DNA from: Myxococcota bacterium
GTDB taxonomy: Bacteria > Myxococcota > XYA12-FULL-58-9 > JABJBS01
NCBI GenBank assembly: GCA_036339465.1
Contig: JAYZAY010000078.1
Span: forward strand, 1 to 64,000
DNA length: 64,000 nucleotides
Reading direction: 5' to 3'
Part shown: positions 9,920-20,427 of the stretch, one piece after another
Numbering within the stretch: the stretch's first letter is position 1
How the letters are laid out: each line of letters opens with the position of its first letter
The notes under the pieces: model-generated
Told to the model about the DNA's origin: nothing
Databases searched by the model: none
The model's input: the letters and a program-made list of their open reading frames with translations, nothing else
Translations under genes and position numbers: made by a program

Positions 9920-10330
9920 TTAAACCCCGAGCTCCTGAGAAGCCTGGTCTTTATCATACCACGTACCATGACTCTTATCCCATAGATTAGAATTTGCACC
10001 AAAACTCACGTCGTAAACATCCTGCGAATGATGCCTGCAATGGCCATTGGGAAGTATCAGAAAGTATCCCAACACTTTCTTCAGCCATCGGCTTCTAAAC
10101 CCGAATGCCTCCACAAATCCAATACCGATGAAAAAATCAGACCAATAAGCTATGGAAGTAGAATCTCGTGCCCGGAGGGATTCAGAAAATCACTGATAAA
10201 TCCGATATTTGTATCTTCGTTTTTGTAGCGCGTTTTAAATAAACCATTTCCCCTCTCGATTTCAGCATCAATTTTTAGACTTTAACTCTCTACTTTCGGC
10301 AACCACAGCCCAAAAATCTTTGACATCCAT
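9920..10330 (-). pseudogene. Sterol desaturase/fatty acid hydroxylase family remnant
   Basis: LDLWRHSG in one frame, then LILPNGHCRHHS..FGANSNLWDKSHGTWY in another (HxxHH box and WD..GT end). Stops and frameshifts upstream. Confidence 0.75.
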
Positions 10331-10333
10331 CAC

Positions 10334-10621
10334 TCACTCTATGGGTTTCAATGAAATATCATTGCTCAAAAAAATCTGACAAGCCAATCTCGCCTTAGGA
10401 TTTCCCGGTGCATGGGCCTCTAGGGTTTCCTGCTCATCTTCATCGGGCGGGGCCAGCCCTCCTACCACCTCACAAATACAGGTTCCACAAATCCCGGAAC
10501 GACAACCAAACAGAACCGGTGAATTGAACTCCGTTAATTCTTCCGAAAGGGACTGTCCCTCACTGGCGTAAAAAGAATCATACCCTGAGTCTGGAAAGGA
10601 AACTTTATATCTTTTACCCAT
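10334..10621 (-). CDS. 2Fe-2S ferredoxin
   Basis: FGCRSGICGTC...RLACQ motif. Confidence 0.93.
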   Translation of the reverse strand: MGKRYKVSFPDSGYDSFYASEGQSLSEELTEFNSPVLFGCRSGICGTCICEVVGGLAPPDEDEQETLEAHAPGNPKARLACQIFLSNDISLKPIE

Positions 10622-10624
10622 CAA

Positions 10625-11290
10625 TTACACTCCAGAAAAACGACGTAATGTGCCCCGATTCTGCTTCAAATTGCCCTCAAAAGTCGTCTCGGGCATCATG
10701 TGAAGGGTCTTATCCTTCGATAAAACGCGGCTAAGCGGTTCCAGGGATTTCTCGTTAGAATCTGCCGCAACGGTTAAGGTATCAAAGGTACTTCGATTGG
10801 CTGCATTTTCTTCAGGAAAATACTTGTTCATCATTTGTGAGGCTTCATCATGCTCCATATTGAAGAGTTTGCTGCGAATTACCTTGTACACCGCCTTAAA
10901 TGTTGCGGGCTCATACCAAAATACGCCATTCACGGCACCGAAGAAATTGCACTGTTCTTTTTGGCAGGCATCGTTTCCCAAATTGCCTACCATTTTGTTA
11001 ATCACTGTGGATTCAGGCAAACAATGAATCAAATAGTGACCCGAAACATATGAGCTATTGAAGTAATATAATTGTTCCATAAAGTGACCGTAGCTTATTA
11101 GAGAAAGAACAGGCAATGAATATTAGACTTCACTTTTGTGATAAAAATGGTTCAATTGTTGCTGAACCATTCTCTGAACCATTCTCCCATTCGGGATTCG
11201 CAGGCCCCGCACTGTAAAATATACTCGAGAACGAGCATATAGAAAATATAGAAAAAGCCTTCGAAAGCGGAGAAGCTCTTCGCTGCATCA
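10625..11290 (-). pseudogene. CylC-like dimetal-carboxylate halogenase remnant (C-terminal half)
   Basis: One frame reads YFTVRGLRIPNG(RMVQ)2QQLNHFY..*..ISYGHFMEQLYYFNSS..NGVFWYEPA..VYKVIRS. TAA at 11125-11123; 12-nt duplication at 11163-11186. Resembles the recalled CylC-family consensus. Confidence 0.65.
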
Positions 11291-11329
11291 TCGAGCAATG
11301 AGGTGTGGTGCTATTATATTTTTCGTCGA

Positions 11330-11982
11330 TGACCGCTCGCCATCTTCTTGGATATCTTGATAACCTCTCACAAGTGGGTCCGAGGAAGAGAAAGAGAGTA
11401 AGTTATAAAAGATTGTCCGGCCCATAGAGACACCTGTAGACCTTCTCCTCCAAGTCACTCAGAATATATTTTTATCCAGCCAGTCCCATCAGGTCTTTGA
11501 GGATGTTTAGTTTATTGGGTGGCTCATCATGCCCATTGAGATCATGGTAAGTTTTGATCTTTTGATTGCGGTCAATCCCTCCTGTTGATCTCATTTCGAC
11601 TTACCTTGGGGACAAGTCGGTTCGATATCGAGAAATTTTTCATGGGGTCAGTCCTATATTTGCGGCTATTGGAGTCCATTTTTCGAGTTCGACAAAACAC
11701 TCATTTTTGCAGCGAACGCCATGCCACATTGTTCGATGAAAAGGGCTTCTTCGATTTAAGACCCGCCACAACTTGAGACTATCGCAGTTTGGTATTCCTC
11801 CGAGGGCTCGTTAAAAACGCCTTGCCGCTTCAAATCAAAATAATCGGAGGTCTTCAGGTTCCAAACCGCGGGTCCGCATCAGCCACGCATTTCTTTAGGG
11901 CCACCTTAGAATCACATTCGATCGGTGGTCTTTTTTCGAACCTAGCCATCGGTAAGTTTGGGTCAATCTTTAGAGTCTTCAT
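11330..11982 (-). pseudogene. Ferritin-like (diiron) protein remnant
   Basis: ATG overlaps the SDR stop. After a frameshift: DYFDLKRQGVF..*IEEALFIEQCGMAFAAKM, like the EEAYFIEKAG..AKM motif of ferritin-like proteins. Many stops; 3' boundary approximate. Confidence 0.55.
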
Positions 11983-12818
11983 GATGTCTGACCCCCAATG
12001 ATTTTCCTAAAGAATTTACCGAGGATCCACATTCTCGGATTTTCAGGAACCCATTTAATCAGCCATCCCGAAACCACCGAATCCGCACCAACTCTATGTC
12101 TAATGGCAAAAGGTCGGTCTTCTGCCAATTTCAGTACTAAATTGGTCACTTCCTGCGGCGGTCGCCCCTTGCCCGCACTCAATCTATTGCGGAGTGCCTG
12201 ATAGCCACTGAGCTGTGTTAGATACTCGGGCGCTTGACGAGCACCCCATTGAATATTGTTACCAAAGTCCGTTCGATAACCACCTGGTTCTACAGCATAA
12301 ACTTTAACTCCGTGGGGACTAAGCTCGTGGTAAAGTGCCTCGGAAAACGACGTTAGCGCTGCCTTACTTGCACAATAAGCCGACGACAGAGGAAAACCCA
12401 CAAATGACATCACCGATGAAATGTTAATAACAGCTCCCTTGCCCCTGCGAAGGGCAGGCAAAAGCCGGCGAGTTAACATCATGGGTGCGGTAATATTCGT
12501 TAAGATCTGCTTATTTACTTGTTCGTCACTCAAAGTTTCTAAGGGGCCAAAAAGTGCATACCCCGCATTATTGATCAAAATGTCGAGGGATCCGGCCGCG
12601 AATATCTGAGCAACTCTATCCTGTGCAGCCGGTTCACAAACATCCAATTCCAAAAGTTTCAATTGGGTTGGATACAATTTTGCCGCATCCTCGAAGAGGT
12701 TTTTCCTCTCCTCTAGACGCCTCATGGTGGCATAAACCAACCACCCTTTCGCGAGAAATTCATCCACCAAAACTCGCCCAATACCTGTGGCGCTTCCGGT
12801 GATTAAGATGGAGTTCAT
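11979..12818 (-). CDS. Short-chain dehydrogenase/reductase
   Basis: TGSATGIG, NNAGY, YCASK and VEPGGYRT motifs; intact. Confidence 0.93.
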   Translation of the reverse strand: MNSILITGSATGIGRVLVDEFLAKGWLVYATMRRLEERKNLFEDAAKLYPTQLKLLELDVCEPAAQDRVAQIFAAGSLDILINNAGYALFGPLETLSDEQVNKQILTNITAPMMLTRRLLPALRRGKGAVINISSVMSFVGFPLSSAYCASKAALTSFSEALYHELSPHGVKVYAVEPGGYRTDFGNNIQWGARQAPEYLTQLSGYQALRNRLSAGKGRPPQEVTNLVLKLAEDRPFAIRHRVGADSVVSGWLIKWVPENPRMWILGKFFRKIIGGQTS

Positions 12819-13947
12819 GCTTTTGCCCTATTCGCATCCATTGGCAAGATAGTATGGCCGCTTCTAACGCTAATTCGAGATGGCCGCAAATCCAAGGACT
12901 TTCGTAACGATTTCGTCCACGACTTAAGAGCGAAGTAGACAGGTATGCACCACGTCATCGGAGCCTGGCATACAAGTTGCGCTCCATCTCCCCATGAAGG
13001 GTTTTGGCTTGTGGGATATCGAATTCTAGGGTTCTCTTGGGTCAAACTCTTATTCGCATCCGCAATCCCGGGCTTTATTCGTCCCACACTTTTCTTAAAC
13101 ATGGCTAGCACTCTTACGGTAACCCTCAAGAAAACCCTAGATGCTCAGTTGAGCCCTTACTCTTCCTTTTTTAATTGTTTGGCCCCAATTCCCATCTAGG
13201 CCTCTAGATTGACGGGCCATTTATCTCAAAGAGACACAAATATCCCAAAGAGACTGAGGCATTAGGGACCATCGCAGTAGGTCGACCTAGGAAGTTAGGA
13301 TTGCGCTCCATCGCTAAAGGGGCAGAAAACCCGAAGATATCACCCTTGATCATTTTGACCGCAGGCGGAATCACGTTTTTTTCTGTTCTTGCCCCGTCAA
13401 CGCCTGAAAATGTTTTTGCTCTAGTCGAGCAACTCAATCGCCAAAAAAAATTGATGCCCCAAAAAAGCATCCCCCCCCAGGTCGCCATGGCCTTTCCGTG
13501 AATTTCCGGGAGGTTTCCGGAAAGGTTCAAAGACGAGCTCAAGTCGGAGGCTTAGAAACCGTCGAGCAATACGGCAAACACGCCTATCAATAGACCAGTG
13601 TCATCCGGTCTTTTATTACCACCAACCAGAGACAAAGGAACTTTTCCCCATACTCTGGCTCCTCCTTTTTCATACCCATGACCCATTCTATACGCCCAAG
13701 CCCCAAGGCTCCTTATTACCAAAGTCACCGTGACGGATATGAGACCGAACCATTTAAGCATCTGTATTAATTATATTTTCTTATTTCTGTCCTCGGCTAG
13801 ATACGAATGCTATGATCGGCTTTTGTAAAAGAGATAAAAAATAACCCCACAATTGAAAGAAATCCCGTATGTTGGGGATTGCAACTTTGACGTTCCGCAG
13901 CAATACGAACCAGGAATATTGCGGAATGGTGGGAGGTAGGTATCAAA

Positions 13948-14394
13948 ATGCAAGTTCGAGACTTAATGACAGTTGAATTGGTAACCATCGGCGAACATGA
14001 ATCCCTCAATCTGGCCGACGAAATGATGAAGCTGGCCCGCGTTCGACAATTGCCAGTCATTGAAGACCAGCAACTGGTGGGCCTCCTAACCCAAAAGGAC
14101 TTAATGAGAGCCCAAGTTAGCTCCATCGCCGACCTTGAAGAGGATGAATCCAAGGAAATCAACCAAACCATTCCTGTAGGGGCAGCCATGAGTACAGATG
14201 TCATGACCATCGGTCCTGATGAACCCGCCCTTGAAGCGGCCGAACGCCTCAAAGCGCATAAAGTGGGCTGCCTGCCCGTGGTCGACAATGAAAATCTAGT
14301 GGGCATGATTACCGAAACCGATTTCCTGCAATTGGTCATCAAGGCACTCCGACAGAACACCAAGGCAGAAACGACCAAGGCCGTGCACTCGTAG
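13948..14394 (+). CDS. CBS-pair protein (AcuB-like)
   Basis: Two CBS domains (RQLPVI..LVGLLT; GCLPVVD..LVGMITETD). RBS GGAGG upstream. Confidence 0.92.
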   Translation: MQVRDLMTVELVTIGEHESLNLADEMMKLARVRQLPVIEDQQLVGLLTQKDLMRAQVSSIADLEEDESKEINQTIPVGAAMSTDVMTIGPDEPALEAAERLKAHKVGCLPVVDNENLVGMITETDFLQLVIKALRQNTKAETTKAVHS

Positions 14395-14760
14395 GCCGCG
14401 AGAAAACGACGGACAATCTGAATCCCATTGAAAGACTTGCCAAGAAAAGGCACGGGCGTTCCCACCAGTGCCAGAGCGTTGAACCCAGAACTGCCCATTA
14501 GAAACGTTGCCCCCCATGAGCCGCCTAGGATTTCGCGCGACCTGCTGAAAAAGAATCCCAAAGCCTGGGAGACTCAAAAATACACACAAAAATCCGACAA
14601 TTATCCCAGTTTTTCACCCGTCCGCCCTTTTCCTCACAAATCTAGACCGAAAGAGAAATCCAGTTGCGGGCCACAACGCCGCCTCAGCTGCGATTTTCGA
14701 AGTCTTTTTTCTCCAAGCTCTTCAATCAATCTCCGGATTGATGCTAGAGTTTAGGCAGTC

Positions 14761-15219
14761 ATGAGTCAAAACCTAGAAGAAAATATAATACAAACCGTTC
14801 GCGATGCCTTCACAACAGTGTTGGAAATGGACGTCCATCTAAACCCTGCCGCCATGGTCGTCGCCAGAGGGCAACCGTACATCTGCTCAACAATCCAAAT
14901 TACAGGTGCATGGCAAGGAGTCGTGTCCCTAAGTGCCCCGCTGGAACTCGGAGCAAACATTGCCTCAATCATGTTTGAAGAAGAGATTGATATCTCGGAC
15001 ACCGAGAATCTTGAAGACGCCATGGGGGAAATCTCAAACATTATATCTGGCAGCTTTAAATCAAGTCTCGTAGGAACTTGCCACCTCGGGTTGCCCGTCA
15101 TTACCTGCGGCGTCGACTATCGCGTTAGCTTCCCAGGCAGTCACGTAGAGTGTTCTGTGGGTTTCGAAGTCGAAGATGATTGCTTTCACGTGACCTTGAT
15201 CCAATCCAATCGTTCTTAG
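14761..15219 (+). CDS. cheX: CheX-family chemotaxis phosphatase
   Basis: ITGAWQG, DAMGEISNIISG (ExxN) and LGLP motifs. Confidence 0.88.
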   Translation: MSQNLEENIIQTVRDAFTTVLEMDVHLNPAAMVVARGQPYICSTIQITGAWQGVVSLSAPLELGANIASIMFEEEIDISDTENLEDAMGEISNIISGSFKSSLVGTCHLGLPVITCGVDYRVSFPGSHVECSVGFEVEDDCFHVTLIQSNRS

Positions 15220-15269
15220 CTCCATTGGCTTGTCAAGGGCACGTGAAAGCAATCACGTTCTAAGGAACC

Positions 15270-16068
15270 AATACCGAGTCATCGGTAACCAATGCGAAAC
15301 TGATGATTGCCGATAATAAAGCAGCCATAGCCGGGGCATGAATCCGTAAGACATCAACAGCCGCGCCTACAACATAGTCAATGATTACGAGAGACCCAAG
15401 TTGGCGGGATACTGACATCCTTGCCCAAGGGCATTGGTCGCTGGACTCCTTCCCTTTCTTTGCCGACGACAGGAATAGCCAAATTACGCTTACAATTACA
15501 ACTTACCGTCTCTCTCGGGAAACCATACGGCACCCTCGTCAAGTATGACCCCCAAGAAAAAATAAAACCTCCATCGTAAGTCACGTTGCCCGCGGCGAGG
15601 AGCACTACATTTTTAATTCAATGGTGAAAGTAGTAGAAAAGGCCACCAAAACCATCGAAAGAGAAAACGCGTCTTTTCTGGCCCTACTAAGTATGGAGCA
15701 ACTCCTCCAAGCCGCGCTCATGGGAGATGTAAAAATTTGAAGATTTACAAACTCAAGTCTTAGTCTAGATGGGCCACTCATTAGAGAATCCATAATGAAA
15801 TCAAAACCCTTCCTGGATGAATCCGATACTGAGATATTCATCGAGAAAGGAGATACCTTGCACAAAAAAAATCAGGGTGGTCGATGATTCGTTTGCGTCT
15901 GTGAGAAGTTTCAATATGCATCCACGTTTCCTCCACTACGATACCCCGGTGTTAGTCAACATCATCGTTGCTAAAGACGCGATCTGCCTCCGCAAAACTT
16001 TCTACAACAACATTCGTGAAGAAGTGACCAAACCTCTCAAAATTCTCGACGACTTAAAGATTGAATAG
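15270..16068 (+). pseudogene. Phospholipase D/cardiolipin synthase family remnant
   Basis: Two degenerate HKD motifs: NAKLMIADNKAAIAGA* (15291-15341) and TLHKK|IRVVDDSFASVRSFNMHPR, split by an extra A in the A8 run 15864-15871. Confidence 0.7.
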
Positions 16069-16258
16069 ACATGAGACAATCGCTTCATTAAAAGATTGTT
16101 TCTTACAATCATCTTTAACTCAAAAAGCTTCGCACAAGCCAATAGTTAAGTTCCGTGGGTTCGAACTGGAGTGGCCCCATTCCTTTAATCACGGCTTATT
16201 CTTGGTTCTGACTTCTCATCCCTGGTATAGAACCAAGAGAATAGAAAAACTTGGAAAT

Positions 16259-17266
16259 ATGAACCGCCAATCTACCAAATATTTATTCGCTTTCCTTCTA
16301 GCCATACTTTATGCAGCTCCAAGCCATGGACAACGGCCTCTTTCTCTCAACTATAGCCAAACAGAAGCTCACGACAGCTGGGACTATTCCCTCGAATTGG
16401 CACTGGGTTTCGCCATGGGCGATCGAACAAACTTCAATGCCCCCCCCTACCTCTTCCCCTATTTAATGGAACATATTCAGTCCCGAGCTATCCGCTTCAA
16501 CCTCGACTTAATCCTATCCCTAACAGAACGCACCAAGATCCAGTTTAACTTCCCACTTATCGCCCGCGAGGTATGGGCCACGCAGAGCGGACTCCAAGTC
16601 AGCTCGGACCAAACCCTACCACCAAAAAGCCATCAGTATCTCGATGTCGGCGCCCAGCAGCCCTCTCTCAATATGGCCTACCAGTTCGCTAGGTATGACT
16701 GGGGATATTTTGCTTTAGAAACCGGCGTATCCTTCCCGGTGGGAAACCCTGGAATCTCCTCTGGTTTTCCTAAATCGATACCCACAAGCCATGAGCGGGT
16801 GCGGTATTCCCTTGGTGGCTCGTCCTTAATCCATATCGAAAACTTTTCAATCGCAGCAAACTACTTGTTCCATATCTATCCGGGAAACAGTGCATCGTAT
16901 TTATTAAGAAGATTTCATTCCAATTTCTTCACAAACGGATCTTTCGTATTCCACTACACACACCAAGTAAAATCCAGATTAAACTACCAAATCAGCCGCG
17001 ACTTTACCCTGGCCCTAACTCCCAGTTGGCAATTAATCTTCCCACCTGATCTTAAAGACTACAACGGCATCACGAGTTACGTCAGATACAAGATGGTTCA
17101 TGAAATTCTTATGGGCGCAGCAATTCAATATAGAATCGACTCAAAACAGTCTCTGAGCATAACGTTAACAGAACCCATCATCTCCAATTGGGATCGCGAT
17201 CCCTTCTTCCCAATCACCCTACCCACAAGAAGCATAGGTATTGCATGGTGCTGGACAAGTTACTAA
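16259..17266 (+). CDS. Exported protein, probable outer-membrane beta-barrel
   Basis: Signal peptide (FAFLLAILYAAPSHG) and aromatic-rich amphipathic strands. Overlaps the start of the next gene. Confidence 0.7.
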   Translation: MNRQSTKYLFAFLLAILYAAPSHGQRPLSLNYSQTEAHDSWDYSLELALGFAMGDRTNFNAPPYLFPYLMEHIQSRAIRFNLDLILSLTERTKIQFNFPLIAREVWATQSGLQVSSDQTLPPKSHQYLDVGAQQPSLNMAYQFARYDWGYFALETGVSFPVGNPGISSGFPKSIPTSHERVRYSLGGSSLIHIENFSIAANYLFHIYPGNSASYLLRRFHSNFFTNGSFVFHYTHQVKSRLNYQISRDFTLALTPSWQLIFPPDLKDYNGITSYVRYKMVHEILMGAAIQYRIDSKQSLSITLTEPIISNWDRDPFFPITLPTRSIGIAWCWTSY

Positions 17267-20200
17267 CCCACCGCCATTTATGGCTCCGGCTTATCTTAGT
17301 CGTGTTATTCTTGCTGGTATCAAGCGGGTCCTACGCCACGCCTTACGGGCCTTACAACAGGAGCCAGGAGCAATGGAATATCCACGAAACCCAACACTTT
17401 CGATTTTTTTCCACCGACGAGACCAAGGAAACCCTTCGTTTTCTTATGTCCATTGCCGATGAAACCTTTGAGTCTCTGAATAAATTCTATCAATACAACC
17501 CAAGAGAAAAGCTAAAGGTAACCGTCATTGGCTACACCAGTTTTAGCAATGGCTTTGCCGAATATACCCGCGACCGAATCACCATTTTTGCAACTCCCCC
17601 CAATTTTTATAAACGCAGCCGGGTTCCATGGCTCGCAAATGTCTTTACCCACGAATTAAGCCATATACTGTCAATCAATACGGGCACTCCTTTAAACACT
17701 CGGGTCCCGCTCTTTTTGAATACGGGGATCGTCCGCTCCGGAAACCAATTCCAAGGCCTTTTAAATATACCTTTTTTTCCAGCAAATCAGTCTCGCTGGT
17801 TTCGCGAAGGCGTCGCTCAATTCGACAGCTATCTCCTCAACCGGGATGGTTTTGACGAAAACCGACAGGCGTACCAGCGAGCAATGACCGAGGACAACCT
17901 GTTTTATTCTCTTCAAAAACTGAGTTTTTTCGGAGGGGAAAAATGGTACAACACAGGACTTTCCTTTCTTCTTTTCATCGAAAGAAAATACGGTAAAGGA
18001 ACCGTCCACCAACTTTTCAAACGTGCAGGAGAAACGTATTTTTTTCATTTTGAGAATCTATTTAAAGATTCCCTAGGCATTCCCCTTCATGACCTCGAAG
18101 ATGAATTTAAGCTACATGTCCAAGCAAGCTTCAATGAACACCTGCAAAACATTTCTCATGGTCAATTCGACGGCCTACCCCTCACTTTAGACCCCTCCCT
18201 TACTCCCTACAAAACCCTCACACCCACCGAAAAAGAGTTTCAGTCCAAATCCTACCGAGCCATGCCAGTGCGGTCCATCGGTGACGCCATCTACGTCTAT
18301 CATTTTGGAATGATTCATAAAACAAAGCTCGGAATGTCTCCATCTCCCCATTTAGAAGAATCACAAGTCATCGCTTCCGCTTCTAGTTTTGCCCTCAATG
18401 GAGACCATGGTTTTTTTCTCCTTCGCGACAAATCCGATTCAGCATCGATCATTCCATCCTTCGACCATCCTGAATTCGAAAGCGCCGATTTGATCTGGCG
18501 AACCAATGAAGGAAATGAAGTTGAATTGATTCACGAATCAGGGCTTTCTCAACTAGACTCATGCCCCTCTAGGCCTGAACTCACTGCGGTATATAATGAC
18601 GGCGACGGAAGTTTGAAACTCGCCCTTATTCCCATTTCCAACTTTGGAAAAACCAATCCGAAGGCCCAAAAAGAGAACATCAAGTTTCCCTTGGAAGCCC
18701 GACCATTGGATGAAGTTAGAAATCCGAGATACAGCCCCGACTGTGACCGTATTTATTTTTCAAGACTCACCCACAATGACCATGACCTCTATTATTATGA
18801 TATACCAACTCAAACGACGGTAACGGTTGCCTCAGAAAATCACTTCGAGCTTTACCCTCAACCAGTTCCAGATGGCGTCATCTACGCTTCTGATCGCGAT
18901 GGCACCATGAATATCTACTGGACCCGTCACAGTGACAACAAGACACTCCAACTAACCCAAGCAGTCACCGGCCACCACGATGTTATTTTGACCCCCCAAG
19001 GAATTATCTTCGCCCGACTCTACAGCACCGGATATCAAATCCATTTCCTACATAAGGAGAAATGGCTCTATCGCGAAGTCGTCCATAATCCAAAAACAAC
19101 CCAATCCAGCGATCCCCATAAAACAAAGAAACAAACGCCCATCAAAATTAGTCAATCTAAAATTGTAGAATACAGTCTATGGAACAGCAAAAATTATGTC
19201 TCACCAAATTTTTACCCCATCCTCTCTTTGGAATTTGATACAAGTCGAACCCGAGAAACACAATTCAGAGCCCTAGCCGGAGTCGAACTTTATATAGAGG
19301 ATCAGCTCAAACTACATCAGTTCTCACTACGGGCATTCACCGGTGACCGGAATCGTCTGAATTTGACCTATGCCAACCGCATACTGCCAACCTCCCTCAT
19401 CTTTTCTGGGGGACTCTACGACATTCCAGGTATTTATATTTCCCAATCAGATGCATATACATTTGAGACAGTCACCAACTACCAGTGGTTATTCCTAAGA
19501 GCATCTGCCCATCTACCACTTAATTTATTCTATACCATCGGTTTGAATCTTTCGACTCTCCGTGACATCGGTGTGAGATACGGCAGCGAAGAAGACAGAT
19601 TTACGTGGAAAAGCCCCCGCTACGGTCGAGACAGCCTGGAGCTCATGCTCTCATACGTCGGCATCAATAAAAATAACCCAGACTACAGTCCCCGCACCAT
19701 CAATAGAAGGGGCTACCGAAAATTTACTTTAGAGCTTGCCTATGCCCAAGAATACAGCCATCCCAAACTTTTGGATTTTGACCCCACTATTCGAGCCGGA
19801 AACCTCGCCTTTGGCCAAACGAAACTCACCTACACTGAATATTACGCACTCCCCAAACTGCTCAAAGGCTTCTTCGACCACACACTACAGATAGATTTAA
19901 ATCTCGGCTATATTAGCGAACCCATCAGATTTCTCCCATTCATCGGAGGAGGAAGGCTTTACTCTCTGAGTTTAGCTGAGTTTACCACCTCCGTAGGCTT
20001 TGTGGGCTATAATTTCTACAGTCTCACGGGACATACTCTTATGAACCTCGCACTATCATATCGATTTCCCATCTTGCGCAAACTGAGTTTAGAGCTGGGG
20101 CCATTTTTTATAGAAGATATCTATGGGCAGTTTTTTACCTCCTGGGGCAATATCTGGGGCTACAACAATGACGGTTCTCGTCAGATCCCTTTCATCGATC

Positions 20201-20427
20201 CCGCGCGTAATGGCCAACACCTCCTCGGTGACATTGGTTTCGACATTAGAATAGGCCACTTTTGGCAAGAAGCCGCACGGAATCTAGGTTCCACCATCCG
20301 ACTCACATACAGACTTCTCCCATTCACCGAATGCCCAACCGACGATGTTGATGCAAATCCGGACTGTCTCGGATCGAATGGTCGTAGAGACTTAAGTGTC
20401 TACCTCATCTTGGGGGGAGGATTCTAA
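17245..20427 (+). CDS. Zn-metallopeptidase (MA clan) + TolB/PD40 beta-propeller + Omp85-like barrel protein
   Basis: Signal peptide, FTHELSH..WFREGVAQ, PD40-like PRYSPD/YASDRDG, C-terminal barrel strands (LSYRFPI, FFTSWGNIW) ending in GGF. Confidence 0.8.
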   Translation: MVLDKLLTHRHLWLRLILVVLFLLVSSGSYATPYGPYNRSQEQWNIHETQHFRFFSTDETKETLRFLMSIADETFESLNKFYQYNPREKLKVTVIGYTSFSNGFAEYTRDRITIFATPPNFYKRSRVPWLANVFTHELSHILSINTGTPLNTRVPLFLNTGIVRSGNQFQGLLNIPFFPANQSRWFREGVAQFDSYLLNRDGFDENRQAYQRAMTEDNLFYSLQKLSFFGGEKWYNTGLSFLLFIERKYGKGTVHQLFKRAGETYFFHFENLFKDSLGIPLHDLEDEFKLHVQASFNEHLQNISHGQFDGLPLTLDPSLTPYKTLTPTEKEFQSKSYRAMPVRSIGDAIYVYHFGMIHKTKLGMSPSPHLEESQVIASASSFALNGDHGFFLLRDKSDSASIIPSFDHPEFESADLIWRTNEGNEVELIHESGLSQLDSCPSRPELTAVYNDGDGSLKLALIPISNFGKTNPKAQKENIKFPLEARPLDEVRNPRYSPDCDRIYFSRLTHNDHDLYYYDIPTQTTVTVASENHFELYPQPVPDGVIYASDRDGTMNIYWTRHSDNKTLQLTQAVTGHHDVILTPQGIIFARLYSTGYQIHFLHKEKWLYREVVHNPKTTQSSDPHKTKKQTPIKISQSKIVEYSLWNSKNYVSPNFYPILSLEFDTSRTRETQFRALAGVELYIEDQLKLHQFSLRAFTGDRNRLNLTYANRILPTSLIFSGGLYDIPGIYISQSDAYTFETVTNYQWLFLRASAHLPLNLFYTIGLNLSTLRDIGVRYGSEEDRFTWKSPRYGRDSLELMLSYVGINKNNPDYSPRTINRRGYRKFTLELAYAQEYSHPKLLDFDPTIRAGNLAFGQTKLTYTEYYALPKLLKGFFDHTLQIDLNLGYISEPIRFLPFIGGGRLYSLSLAEFTTSVGFVGYNFYSLTGHTLMNLALSYRFPILRKLSLELGPFFIEDIYGQFFTSWGNIWGYNNDGSRQIPFIDPARNGQHLLGDIGFDIRIGHFWQEAARNLGSTIRLTYRLLPFTECPTDDVDANPDCLGSNGRRDLSVYLILGGGF

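Noticed and set aside
12815..13761. Possible Rieske-oxygenase remnant upstream of the SDR (RBS followed by MGKSSFVSGWW*)
   Set aside because: It would fit the cluster type, but no CxH..CxxH motif can be recovered by eye. Needs blastx.
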